NCBI GenBank assembly: GCA_964632315.1
Contig: CAZWEM010000006.1
Location: 32,001 to 96,000, forward strand
Reading direction: 5' to 3'
DNA length: 64,000 bases
Source of the DNA: an uncultured archaeon
GTDB lineage: Archaea > Asgardarchaeota > Lokiarchaeia > Sigyniarchaeales > SOKP01
Part shown: positions 40,749 through 50,355 of the stretch, piece after piece
Numbering within the stretch: the first letter of the stretch is position 1
Layout of the letters: every line of letters starts with the position of its first letter
Position numbers and translations under genes: made by a program
The notes under the pieces: generated by a model
Seen by the model: the letters and a program-made list of their open reading frames with translations, nothing else
Databases searched by the model: none
Told to the model about the DNA's origin: nothing

Positions 40749-41906
40749 ATGTCATCTTCAATCAAAGAACAAGACAGACCATTAATACTCGATATCGGAA
40801 GTAATTACTTCCGAATGGGATGGGCAGGGGATGATTTTCCTGATATTATTGCTCCCAGTATCTTTGTTGAGCCGATGGATTTTTTATTTACTTCAGATGA
40901 AATAGCAGGATTAGAAGAAATTTTTCTTAACAATATCACCTTAAAACAACTCGTTGGACACGAAGCTGCAAGGTACCAAAATATTTTAAAGATTCATGAA
41001 TTCGTTAAAGAGCAAAATTACAAAATGTTAATAAAATTTTTCAATGAATACTATTATAGCCTCGAGATTTCAGATGAGTTTCGATTCAAACAACCTATAA
41101 TAATTTTAACACCTTTTTACATCTCTGAATTAGAGAAGGAAAAATACAAAGACGTTTTTTTAAACCATTTTAATTTTCCCGCTTTATTGTTTCTGTCTGA
41201 AAGCCAGGCTATTTTAGCCACCTTGCAAAAGTCTAGTGGAGTAGTTATTAATTTAGGAGAATCACACACCTCCATTACTACAATATTTCATGGTTTTACA
41301 AACATTATGGCGAAAGATATTTTTCCCATCTCTGGTAAAGACTTAACTGGTTATCTATTAAAATTATTGTTGAGTAAAAAAGGAGTAGATGAATCAATTT
41401 ATCTTGATGAAATCATTGCTAAAGAAATAAAAGATAAATTATCTTTATGTGTCTTAAATCCAGAGGAAGAAGTGAAAAGAGTTAAAGAAGGATTCACTAA
41501 GTATGACAGAATTATTGATCTACCAGATGGTAATAAGCTCAAGATAAACAAAGAAAGGATTTTACTTTCAGAACCATTGTTTGATCCAAAAATTATTCAT
41601 ATGGATTATGTAAGTTTAGCAAATGCAATTGCGAATGTTATTAAAATTTGGGAAAGAGAAAATTGGGAAGCTTTACTTTCAAATATTATCTTAGCTGGGG
41701 GTACAAGCTTGATTCATGGTTTACAGAAACGCTTAAAAGATGAAATAGCGTCTTTTTTCTCTGATATGTTAAAACCTAAAATTGAAGTGATTGCAGCATC
41801 TGGAAGAGAAAACATGGGATGGATAGGTGCATCGATTTTATATTCTTCTGGAAAGTTGGAAAGAGGCTGGATTTTCTCTTCTGAAAGAGAAATCAATATT
41901 GAATGA
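40749..41906 (+). CDS. Divergent actin-related protein
   Basis: PLILDIGSNYFRMGWAGDDFP, SGVVINLGES, GKDLTGYL, IKDKL, LPDG, ERILLSEPLFDP, NIILAGGTS, WIGASIL. Confidence 0.93.
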   Translation: MSSSIKEQDRPLILDIGSNYFRMGWAGDDFPDIIAPSIFVEPMDFLFTSDEIAGLEEIFLNNITLKQLVGHEAARYQNILKIHEFVKEQNYKMLIKFFNEYYYSLEISDEFRFKQPIIILTPFYISELEKEKYKDVFLNHFNFPALLFLSESQAILATLQKSSGVVINLGESHTSITTIFHGFTNIMAKDIFPISGKDLTGYLLKLLLSKKGVDESIYLDEIIAKEIKDKLSLCVLNPEEEVKRVKEGFTKYDRIIDLPDGNKLKINKERILLSEPLFDPKIIHMDYVSLANAIANVIKIWERENWEALLSNIILAGGTSLIHGLQKRLKDEIASFFSDMLKPKIEVIAASGRENMGWIGASILYSSGKLERGWIFSSEREINIE

Positions 41907-44503
41907 ATAATAAATTGAGAAAAATGGCAGTGAGTTTAGCAACAAGGAAAAAATTTTTAAAAGCCTTCCAAGAGGGAATTATCCAAGGACGTAAGTTGTT
42001 ATTCGCTGCAAATCATCATTGGGGTGATCGTTTGCTAACGGATCTTTATTTTAAAATTGAAAAGAGTGATTGGATCGACATTCAAAAAAAGCATCAACTC
42101 ATTATGGTCCTTGCAAATTCATGGTGGATGTATGTAAATTCTCTATCCAAAGAAATAAGAGAGAATGATGTGGATCTTATTAAATACATTGACGCTTACA
42201 AGAGATTTTATTCCTTTCTAATAAAAGTGGATGATTTTTACTTATTGAATAATTTCTTCACCAAACTCTTAAAAGACTTCATAAAAATGGATGAGTTATC
42301 ACTTTCTGGAATTACAAGCTTCATAAATTCGTTTTGTTTCAAGGTAAAAGAGAAAAATGAAGATCAAAAACTTATCGAGTTACAAATTCTTCTCACATAT
42401 TTAAGAAAATCAGTTTTTCCACAAGATTTTTTCCATTTAAGCATGGAATTAATCGGTCGCACTATATTTAAAATAGAACCGGGAAAGAGAGCATTGTTCC
42501 TTTACGTGCTTTTAGAAAATACCAATCTAGAATTTAATCTCATGGAAGATTCAGATGAGTTTGTAAAATACATATCAAAAACTCTAGTGAATCGAATTCC
42601 TAGCTATTTGAAAACTAATTTGAGCAACGTTGCCAAAATTCAATTTAATGATAGAAATTATCAATCTTATATTGACGAACTCAGCGAATTAATATATTAT
42701 TTAAACAATATTGCTGAGGATTCTTGGATTATACTCATAATTAAAAATATTTTTTCAAAATTAAATAGATTTGCTTCTTTTGGAGAAGCCATCACCTACA
42801 TTCGCAAATTTATTGATTTTGCTGTAAAACGTAATCGATTCGAGTTAGCTTTTGCAATTTATGATTATTTAGAAGATTTATTTTTATCTCAGTCTGATTT
42901 AGGATATGATAATGTTTTAATAGAGCTTTGGCTTGAAGCCTCCAAAAAGTTCGTTATTATGAACGAAAAACGTTTTCTCTTACAATCATTAGAGAAGTTA
43001 AACAACTATCTTAAAATTCCACAGACTAATCCTCAAATCTTTCATTATTTCTATACAAGTGATATTTTGTGGCAATTTAAATCAAGATTTTTTTCACTGG
43101 ATCAAAGAGATTTTTGGCGAATGATGTTCCATCGCGCCCTTTTCGAAGAGAACGATATTGAATTAGCTATAAAATTGCTACCATATTTAGATAAGCAGAT
43201 TCAATCTGTTCTTCCAGATCTAGATATATTGCTCAATGATGTGAAATCTCTCGTTAATGATGTTAAGTTTTTTGATGATGAAGATAACATTCCTAAATCT
43301 TTAATTGAACCTCTTGATATAAAGCAAATGATATTTAGAATTGACTCACATGGATTAATTTCATATCACTTTATTTTTACTAAGGATGAAATTGTTGAGG
43401 GTCAAATTTTTAGTGAATATTGGAATGATGCACAATTATTTGAAATATTTAATAGTATTTACTCTGAAATTAAAGAATCAAGATTTGACTTTTCAATAAC
43501 AGATTTAGGAAAATTAATGTATTTATTCTTAAACAAGTCCATTAGAACTTTATTTAAGCAATTTAAAGTTCAATCTTTGGGCCAGATTCCTGAAATATAT
43601 TTCATTCTTGACCAAATGACGATCCCATTTGAATTAATATTTGATAATAATTTTTTCTTATTAAAATATTCAATTGGGTATATAATAGGAGAACCTCCAT
43701 TAGAAGGTATTTCTTTTGAGAAGAGAGAGAGATTAGAATCAATTAATAATGAGAAAAAATATAAGGTTTTAATAATTGAAAGTACTAATTCTTCAAATCC
43801 TTTAGTATGGAATGAACAACTGAAAAAGAAAGAATTACTTTTTAGCTTTCCAAATGGGCAAGAAGAACTGAGCTACATTCTTAATTTATTTAATAATAGG
43901 GATGAAATTGGTGAGATTTCGGTATTAGTTGGAATAGATGCAACTCGCGAAAAAATATTATCTTCTCTAAGAAGTGGAGATTATTCAATAATACATTTTG
44001 TAGGAAATGTTTTTTACTCTGAACTAAATCCTTTCCATAGCTATTTCTTGACAAATGATAATGAATTAATCACTTTTTATGATATAAATAAGTTGTTCAA
44101 ATCAATAAATAGATTACGTAAACCCTTGATTTTCTTTAATACTCAATTATTTGATACTAAAGGAGAAAGATTAGCTAATGCAATGAGAGCTTTTGGAGAA
44201 ATTATGAAGAATTTTGATTTAAATTTAACTTGTGGAGTTTTAGCAAAAGTGATTCCGATCTTTGATGATGAAACTCAAACAATTACTTCTAATTTCTATA
44301 TTCATTTTCTCAATGAGCTAAGTCAAGGAATATCGCTTCTAAAAGCTCGCCAAGAATGCATGGTAAATAGATTAGAGAGATTAATTGAGCAAGATTTAAA
44401 AAGTTTAGATGATGCTGAGGGAAGTAAACACATAACAATCCAAAATTCAAAATCTATCTCTAGCTTCATTCTTTATGGGAAACCTTGGAAAAAAATAAAT
44501 TAA
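41903..44503 (+). CDS. Helical-solenoid protein with C-terminal CHAT (caspase/separase-like) domain, catalytic residues absent
   Basis: LGKLMY, IPFELI, ATREKIL, IIHFVGN (usual HFxGH), LIFFNTQ (usual LxxLNAC), FY..F...LLKAR, FILYG. Confidence 0.85.
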   Translation: MNNKLRKMAVSLATRKKFLKAFQEGIIQGRKLLFAANHHWGDRLLTDLYFKIEKSDWIDIQKKHQLIMVLANSWWMYVNSLSKEIRENDVDLIKYIDAYKRFYSFLIKVDDFYLLNNFFTKLLKDFIKMDELSLSGITSFINSFCFKVKEKNEDQKLIELQILLTYLRKSVFPQDFFHLSMELIGRTIFKIEPGKRALFLYVLLENTNLEFNLMEDSDEFVKYISKTLVNRIPSYLKTNLSNVAKIQFNDRNYQSYIDELSELIYYLNNIAEDSWIILIIKNIFSKLNRFASFGEAITYIRKFIDFAVKRNRFELAFAIYDYLEDLFLSQSDLGYDNVLIELWLEASKKFVIMNEKRFLLQSLEKLNNYLKIPQTNPQIFHYFYTSDILWQFKSRFFSLDQRDFWRMMFHRALFEENDIELAIKLLPYLDKQIQSVLPDLDILLNDVKSLVNDVKFFDDEDNIPKSLIEPLDIKQMIFRIDSHGLISYHFIFTKDEIVEGQIFSEYWNDAQLFEIFNSIYSEIKESRFDFSITDLGKLMYLFLNKSIRTLFKQFKVQSLGQIPEIYFILDQMTIPFELIFDNNFFLLKYSIGYIIGEPPLEGISFEKRERLESINNEKKYKVLIIESTNSSNPLVWNEQLKKKELLFSFPNGQEELSYILNLFNNRDEIGEISVLVGIDATREKILSSLRSGDYSIIHFVGNVFYSELNPFHSYFLTNDNELITFYDINKLFKSINRLRKPLIFFNTQLFDTKGERLANAMRAFGEIMKNFDLNLTCGVLAKVIPIFDDETQTITSNFYIHFLNELSQGISLLKARQECMVNRLERLIEQDLKSLDDAEGSKHITIQNSKSISSFILYGKPWKKIN

Positions 44504-44558
44504 AATATTCTCTCTATGATATAATATCTATTAAAAATAATAATTAGAAGGAAAATTT

Positions 44559-45095
44559 ATGTCTGAGAGACTCATTGAACTTAGAGTTGAAAATCAAAGG
44601 TTAAAGGAACAAGTCAAAGATTTAGAAAATAAAGTCCTATCTCTCGTGGGAATGGTGAAATTTGAATCGTCTGGAGGACCTGAAAAAAAGAACGTATTAA
44701 ATAATCAACTTATTGAACTATTCAACACTACGAAAAAACAGCTTAATATAGTTACTCCAAAAGTAGATAAATTCTTTTCTACAGAATTAAAAAACTTGTC
44801 CAAGAAAGGAATACCAATTTTATTAATAATGAATGACAGAGGAAATCTCTCAAAACAATATCAACAAGTATATGATGAGTTAAAGTTAATTCCAGGAATA
44901 AAGATAATTAATAACCCCAATGTTCGGTATCTACTAGCTTTTAATTCAGAAGAAGCAATTTATGCGGGAGGATCTCTAGATAAGGAAGAACTTGAAAAAT
45001 CAATTCTAATTGTAACCATCATTCGGGAGGCTTCTAAATTACGAAAAATTGCAGAAATTTTCTCTTTAATGCTCCCCTCATTCATGCGAACATAA
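44559..45095 (+). CDS. Coiled-coil plus PLD-like fold protein without HKD motif
   Basis: N-terminal leucine zipper; KKQLNIVTP...LKNLSKKGIPILLI...NVRYLLAFNSEEAIYAGGSL where HxKxxxxD...GSxN is expected. Confidence 0.65.
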   Translation: MSERLIELRVENQRLKEQVKDLENKVLSLVGMVKFESSGGPEKKNVLNNQLIELFNTTKKQLNIVTPKVDKFFSTELKNLSKKGIPILLIMNDRGNLSKQYQQVYDELKLIPGIKIINNPNVRYLLAFNSEEAIYAGGSLDKEELEKSILIVTIIREASKLRKIAEIFSLMLPSFMRT

Positions 45096-45169
45096 TTTAA
45101 TCGTAAGTTAAGAACCCTCTATGTTTTAAATAATCTAACGAGAAATTTCAAGGTTAAAATGAATGAAAT

Positions 45170-47311
45170 ATGTCAGGTAATGAAAAAGCGGATAAAAAGA
45201 GTCAAATTGCTTTAGAATTTGGATTAGGCACAAAGAATTATAAAGCTCTTACGAAACTACTTTCTCAAAATGTTAATAATACAAATAAAGAGTATATCAA
45301 AGCATTTAACGCTTGGAAATCCATTTTTAAGCCAATCTATGGGAATATTATCTCAAAAGAACTCTTTTTAAAGCATACATATTATTTTCTTTTACTCAAA
45401 TTTTTATTAGCTTACAAGTTAGAGCAAAAATTTTTAGATTTAGATTCATACTTTAGTGAGGAGGGCAAGATTTTTAATTGGGCTCAAATAAGGTATCAAA
45501 ATATCCTAAAAGTTTTGGATTTATCAATGGACATAGAATTTAAGGAAGAAGATTTGTTTAATCAGCTCTATCAGCAGATTTTTTCATCTAAAACTCGTCA
45601 TTTAAGGGGAGAATATTACACGGGCTCTGAGTTAGCAGGAAAAATGGTCATCGATTCGTATGAATTTGGCGATAGAGTTTTGGATCCTTCTTGTGGATCA
45701 GGAATCTTTATTATTGAAGTGCTTAAATTAATTTTATCATCTGATAAAGATCATGAATCTATAATCAAAGCAGTCCAAAATGTATTTGGTTTTGATATAA
45801 ATCCTTTAGCTATCTTTACTTGTAAGGTGAATGGCTTATTAATCCTTTCGAACCATCTTGGTGAAAAAGATCTTTTTAATATTAATTTAAATTTCATTAG
45901 ATTAGATTCTCTATTCCCAAATGAGAAAGAAGTTGAAAAGTTGAAGCACAAGTTTAATTTAGTCATAGGAAATCCACCTTGGCTTACATACAAGGATCTT
46001 AAAAGTAAAACCTATCAAACAAAAGTAAGAAATTTAGCAAAAGATTTAGAAATCAAGCCTGCGAGTCAATATACAACTCATATAGAATTAGCTGCTATTT
46101 TTTTCTATCATGTAGCCATGGAATTCTTAAAAATCAATGGAACAATCTTTTTTGTAATGACTAAAAGTTGTTTAAATGGCGATCATTGTCAAAAATTCAG
46201 AGCATTCAAAAAATTTAAGAATCTTGAGATTTGGGATTTTCCCGATAATTATTTTTTCAATGTTAATCACGTGTGTTTGAAAGCTAGATACATAGGGGAT
46301 GAGGATAAAAGTGAAATTTCAGAAAAATATCCTATATCAACTAAAATTTTTGATGATGTTTTAAATCTGAAAAATGAATCCTATTATGATTCTATTGAAA
46401 TCGTTAAAAATGGAGCGAGAGTAATACTTCCTATAACGAAGATAACTAAGTTACGCAAAGCTAAACAAAGTATTTATAATAAACTGTTTTGGCAGGGAGC
46501 GACGCTAGTTCCAAGATCACTTATTTTTTTTGAAATAGAGAACAAAGAGAGTGATTTTTATACAATCAAGCCAGATTTAGATGTTATTTCTCGAGCTAAG
46601 CAAAATTGGAAATTTCCCTTTAAACCAACAAAAATTGAAAAAAATTTTCGATTTATCACTTTTTTAAATAAAGATTTGGTTCCTTTTTGTATAAAGAGGT
46701 TTAGAAATGTATTTCTTCCCGTAGATCGTGATGACTATGAATTTCATCTTAATAACCTTGAAGCTAATCCCTTGGCTAATAAATTCTATAAAGAACAAGA
46801 CGAGGTTTATAAAAAGCATAAAAAAACAACAAGTGCAATTAATACGTTATTCGACAATTTAAATTATTGGAATAAACTCACGAAACAATCTGAAAACAAG
46901 AGTTTTATAGTAGTATATAATGCGAGCGGTTCAAATCTAAAATCTGCTGTAATAATCAATACCAAGAGAAAGATAATAATAGGTTCTGAAAATTATTATT
47001 TCTCGACTTCCTCCCAGTATGAAGCATATTACTTATCTGCTATCTTAAATTCGCCTGTGTTATCAAAAAATATAAAAATAATAAAGTCAAGCCGTCATAT
47101 CCATAAAAGACCCTTTTCATTTGCAATACCACAATATGATGACACTAATTCCATCCATCGAGGATTGGGAACAAAAGCTAAAAAATATCACACGGTTGTA
47201 CAAGATTTAGTTTTAAACAATCCAAAAATAAGCGCAGAAAAAATAAGGATGTTTATTCATCCTAAGTTAGATAAGTTGGACTCGTTAGTTAATGAGATTG
47301 TGTTTAATTAA
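45170..47311 (+). CDS. N6-adenine DNA methyltransferase with C-terminal target-recognition region
   Basis: GEYYT, VLDPSCGSGIF, GFDINP, VIGNPPW, YYLSAILNS. Confidence 0.88.
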   Translation: MSGNEKADKKSQIALEFGLGTKNYKALTKLLSQNVNNTNKEYIKAFNAWKSIFKPIYGNIISKELFLKHTYYFLLLKFLLAYKLEQKFLDLDSYFSEEGKIFNWAQIRYQNILKVLDLSMDIEFKEEDLFNQLYQQIFSSKTRHLRGEYYTGSELAGKMVIDSYEFGDRVLDPSCGSGIFIIEVLKLILSSDKDHESIIKAVQNVFGFDINPLAIFTCKVNGLLILSNHLGEKDLFNINLNFIRLDSLFPNEKEVEKLKHKFNLVIGNPPWLTYKDLKSKTYQTKVRNLAKDLEIKPASQYTTHIELAAIFFYHVAMEFLKINGTIFFVMTKSCLNGDHCQKFRAFKKFKNLEIWDFPDNYFFNVNHVCLKARYIGDEDKSEISEKYPISTKIFDDVLNLKNESYYDSIEIVKNGARVILPITKITKLRKAKQSIYNKLFWQGATLVPRSLIFFEIENKESDFYTIKPDLDVISRAKQNWKFPFKPTKIEKNFRFITFLNKDLVPFCIKRFRNVFLPVDRDDYEFHLNNLEANPLANKFYKEQDEVYKKHKKTTSAINTLFDNLNYWNKLTKQSENKSFIVVYNASGSNLKSAVIINTKRKIIIGSENYYFSTSSQYEAYYLSAILNSPVLSKNIKIIKSSRHIHKRPFSFAIPQYDDTNSIHRGLGTKAKKYHTVVQDLVLNNPKISAEKIRMFIHPKLDKLDSLVNEIVFN

Positions 47312-47434
47312 ATTCCTATGAGAATAAACAGTTGAATTTTCTTTAAAACTGTAGTTGATTTTCGAAAGGTTTTTCAATTTTAAATTATTTAATTAAATGA
47401 GTTAAACTGTGAGAAATATTAGGGATTAACAAAA

Positions 47435-48583
47435 TTGAAATTTAAAGATATAGGCATTAGCAATCATTTTATTGATGCTTTAAATAAGTTAAACATTACG
47501 ACGCCAACTCCCGTCCAACTTAAAGCAATACCCCTCCTTTTAAAAGGACAACACGTAATGGCACAAGCTAGGACAGGAAGTGGAAAAACTTTGGCTTACC
47601 TTCTACCAATATTGGAAAACCTTGATTCCGCTTTCAATGAGGCTTTAATCTTGGTACCAACGAGAGAACTTGCTAAACAAGTTAATCGAGTTATAAAAGA
47701 TCTTAAACTCCACAAAGTACGATCCATGACAATTTACGGTGGAGTCTCCATTAACAATCAAATAAGAAAATTGGAGAAGGGAGTCAATATTATAGTAGGA
47801 ACACCCGGTCGAATCATCGACCTGTATAAAAGAAGAAAATTAAATTTACGGAAAATAAAATATATTTGTCTCGATGAAGCAGATCGGTTATGGGATTTTG
47901 GTTTTGCTCCAGATGTCAAATATATATTAAATCAAGTGAAGTCAAATTATCAATTCATGTTGTTTTCAGCAACATTACACTCAGAAATTAGAGATCTGGT
48001 TAAAGAGTATTCCAAAAATAAATTTGTGTTCATAAATTTAAGTAAGGATGATCTTACTGTTCATAATACGCGCCAATACTATTACCTTATAGACTTTTTC
48101 AAGGATAAATATAAATCATTTATGAAAATTTTGAGAAATGAAAAGCCAAAACATGCACTTGTATTTGTCAATACAAAAAAGACGGCTAATTGGCTGGGAA
48201 GAAGGCTGAAGTCCCAGAAAAACATCAATTATAAAGTAGATATAATTTCAGGAAACTTATCTCAATTCCAGAGAGAAAAAATACTTAAAGGATTCAGAGA
48301 ACATAAAATCAATCTCTTAGTTGCTACTGATGTTGCTGCGAGAGGATTAGATATCGAGAATATCTCTCACGTTTTTAATTATGACATTCCCAAATTTCCT
48401 GAAAATTACGTTCATCGTATCGGGAGAACTTCAAGAATGGGTAAGGATGGTGTGGCAATTACTTTAGTATTAAAAGATGAATATGAATATCTATGCCACA
48501 TTGAAGGGATTATCGATAAAGAAATTCAAGAAAGGACGTTATTTATTCCACAAAAAAAGCATTATCATAACCCTTTTTATTAA
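47435..48583 (+). CDS. DEAD-box RNA helicase
   Basis: TGSGKT, PTRELA, TPGR, DEAD, SAT, ARGLD, HRIGRT. Confidence 0.96.
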   Translation: MKFKDIGISNHFIDALNKLNITTPTPVQLKAIPLLLKGQHVMAQARTGSGKTLAYLLPILENLDSAFNEALILVPTRELAKQVNRVIKDLKLHKVRSMTIYGGVSINNQIRKLEKGVNIIVGTPGRIIDLYKRRKLNLRKIKYICLDEADRLWDFGFAPDVKYILNQVKSNYQFMLFSATLHSEIRDLVKEYSKNKFVFINLSKDDLTVHNTRQYYYLIDFFKDKYKSFMKILRNEKPKHALVFVNTKKTANWLGRRLKSQKNINYKVDIISGNLSQFQREKILKGFREHKINLLVATDVAARGLDIENISHVFNYDIPKFPENYVHRIGRTSRMGKDGVAITLVLKDEYEYLCHIEGIIDKEIQERTLFIPQKKHYHNPFY

Positions 48584-48657
48584 GTAAAAGGAGTATCAAT
48601 TTACGATACTTTAAAAATTTCTATAATGATAATTAAATTATATATCAAATTTTAGGG

Positions 48658-50046
48658 TCATTTCTTTAATATTTGTCCACATTGTATACAAAAATCTGCA
48701 TCTTCTTCATTTAAATACCCACAGTAATTACATATGATTTTATTGGAATCTATTATTTGAACTTTTAATTCCGCCTCTTGTTCTCTGGTTTCTAATCTAC
48801 TATCTGGTTGGTTCTTATTAGATTCCATCTCTAATGCAGGAGAACCTAAATCTTCATCGGAAACCAAAGATATTTCTTCCATTTTCTTTTTCATTTCTTC
48901 TTCCTGCAATTTCTCTCCTCTTAGTTCAAAATTCTGCAGTGAAAATGCATCTGATCTATCTTTTTCTTCAGATTTTAATTCTAAATTTAAAAGATCTCCT
49001 TTTTGCTGTTCTGATTCTTTAGCTATTATTTCTTCTTCAATTTTTTGCTTTTGAGCTGTAGTTGTACCTACTTGGCTAGGTTTCTGTGTGGATGGGTACA
49101 TCTCTTCCATATCTCTTTCTTTTTTAAATATTGATTTTTCTTCTATCTGTAAGTTTTGGATGGAAGGAGTTACTACACTAACTTTTTTGCGATGTGCTAT
49201 TTTTCCTCTTTTAATAAGAATTATTACTAAGACTAAAGTAATAATTAGTACAATTGTTATGGCTCCGATTGTAATAGGAAGTATTAAATATTTGCAAAAT
49301 TCTTGTTCACCAGCTATATCTACACCATTATTACTAAAAATATTGTTAGAGATTATATTACATCTAGATTTTTCTCCAATATTAATTCCTACATCATTAT
49401 TCCTTATGCTATTTCTTACTACTTGATTATCATTCATAATCCAAGAATTTATTCCGTGATTATTATTTTCTAAGGTATTCTCCGAAACTTGATTATTATC
49501 AGAAAGATCGATTCGGATTCCAGACTCACAGAAAGTCGCTAAATTGCCAGTTATTATATTACTATCCGCATTATCAAGGTATATGCCAGTATCTTGATTT
49601 TGATTTATAAAATTATCTTTTATTGTGTTATAACTACTTCGCCATGCATAAATCCCTTGAATATTATGTTGAATATCATTCCCCATAATTTTTCCATGTT
49701 GTACATTTTGTAGTACTATAGCTTCATCAGCATTGAAAAGAGTGCAATTCTGAATTATAAAATAGATGTTTTTAGAATCAATCGTAATACAAGCCCCAAA
49801 ACCTTGCCCATCAATTTCTAAATCTTCAATTATATATGGATCTAAAGAAGTCCCAACTCCTGTACAAAGTCCATCGTCTTTTAAAGCGAGCCAATCAGGG
49901 ATTGAATCAACATGAATCTTACTGGATATTCGTGAAAGCTTTGGATTTATTTCAGTCATAGTTTTTTGAGATATATTAGCCATTCTTGACGTAAAGACAG
50001 TATTAATTGGGATTATGATAATGGCCAAAAATACAATCCGAACCAA
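48658..50046 (-). CDS. Membrane protein: NosD/CASH beta-helix, TM, acidic linker, zinc ribbon
   Basis: GTSLDPYIIEDLEID, GIY...NN repeats, TM, CNYCG...FCIQCG. Confidence 0.85.
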   Translation of the reverse strand: MVRIVFLAIIIIPINTVFTSRMANISQKTMTEINPKLSRISSKIHVDSIPDWLALKDDGLCTGVGTSLDPYIIEDLEIDGQGFGACITIDSKNIYFIIQNCTLFNADEAIVLQNVQHGKIMGNDIQHNIQGIYAWRSSYNTIKDNFINQNQDTGIYLDNADSNIITGNLATFCESGIRIDLSDNNQVSENTLENNNHGINSWIMNDNQVVRNSIRNNDVGINIGEKSRCNIISNNIFSNNGVDIAGEQEFCKYLILPITIGAITIVLIITLVLVIILIKRGKIAHRKKVSVVTPSIQNLQIEEKSIFKKERDMEEMYPSTQKPSQVGTTTAQKQKIEEEIIAKESEQQKGDLLNLELKSEEKDRSDAFSLQNFELRGEKLQEEEMKKKMEEISLVSDEDLGSPALEMESNKNQPDSRLETREQEAELKVQIIDSNKIICNYCGYLNEEDADFCIQCGQILKK

Positions 50047-50355
50047 AACTTTCTGATTATATCTTATGATAATCGCACCCTAAATTTTAATGATGATGAT
50101 GTTACTTATAAATTTTCTATATATTAATTCAAATATTTTAAAAAAAGAATCACCAACAATAAGAACTTCATAAATTTGGCTGATAATCCATATCGAATTT
50201 GATCCTCTTTACTAAATATCAAAGTAGGAAGAATTATCACGATAGTATTGAAGGGATATTCGATAATAAATTCACGAAAAGTTCCGTAAAGAATATAATA
50301 ATTATGTGTTTATTTATAATTTGAGAAGTCCAGATATGACTAAATATAAACTTAT

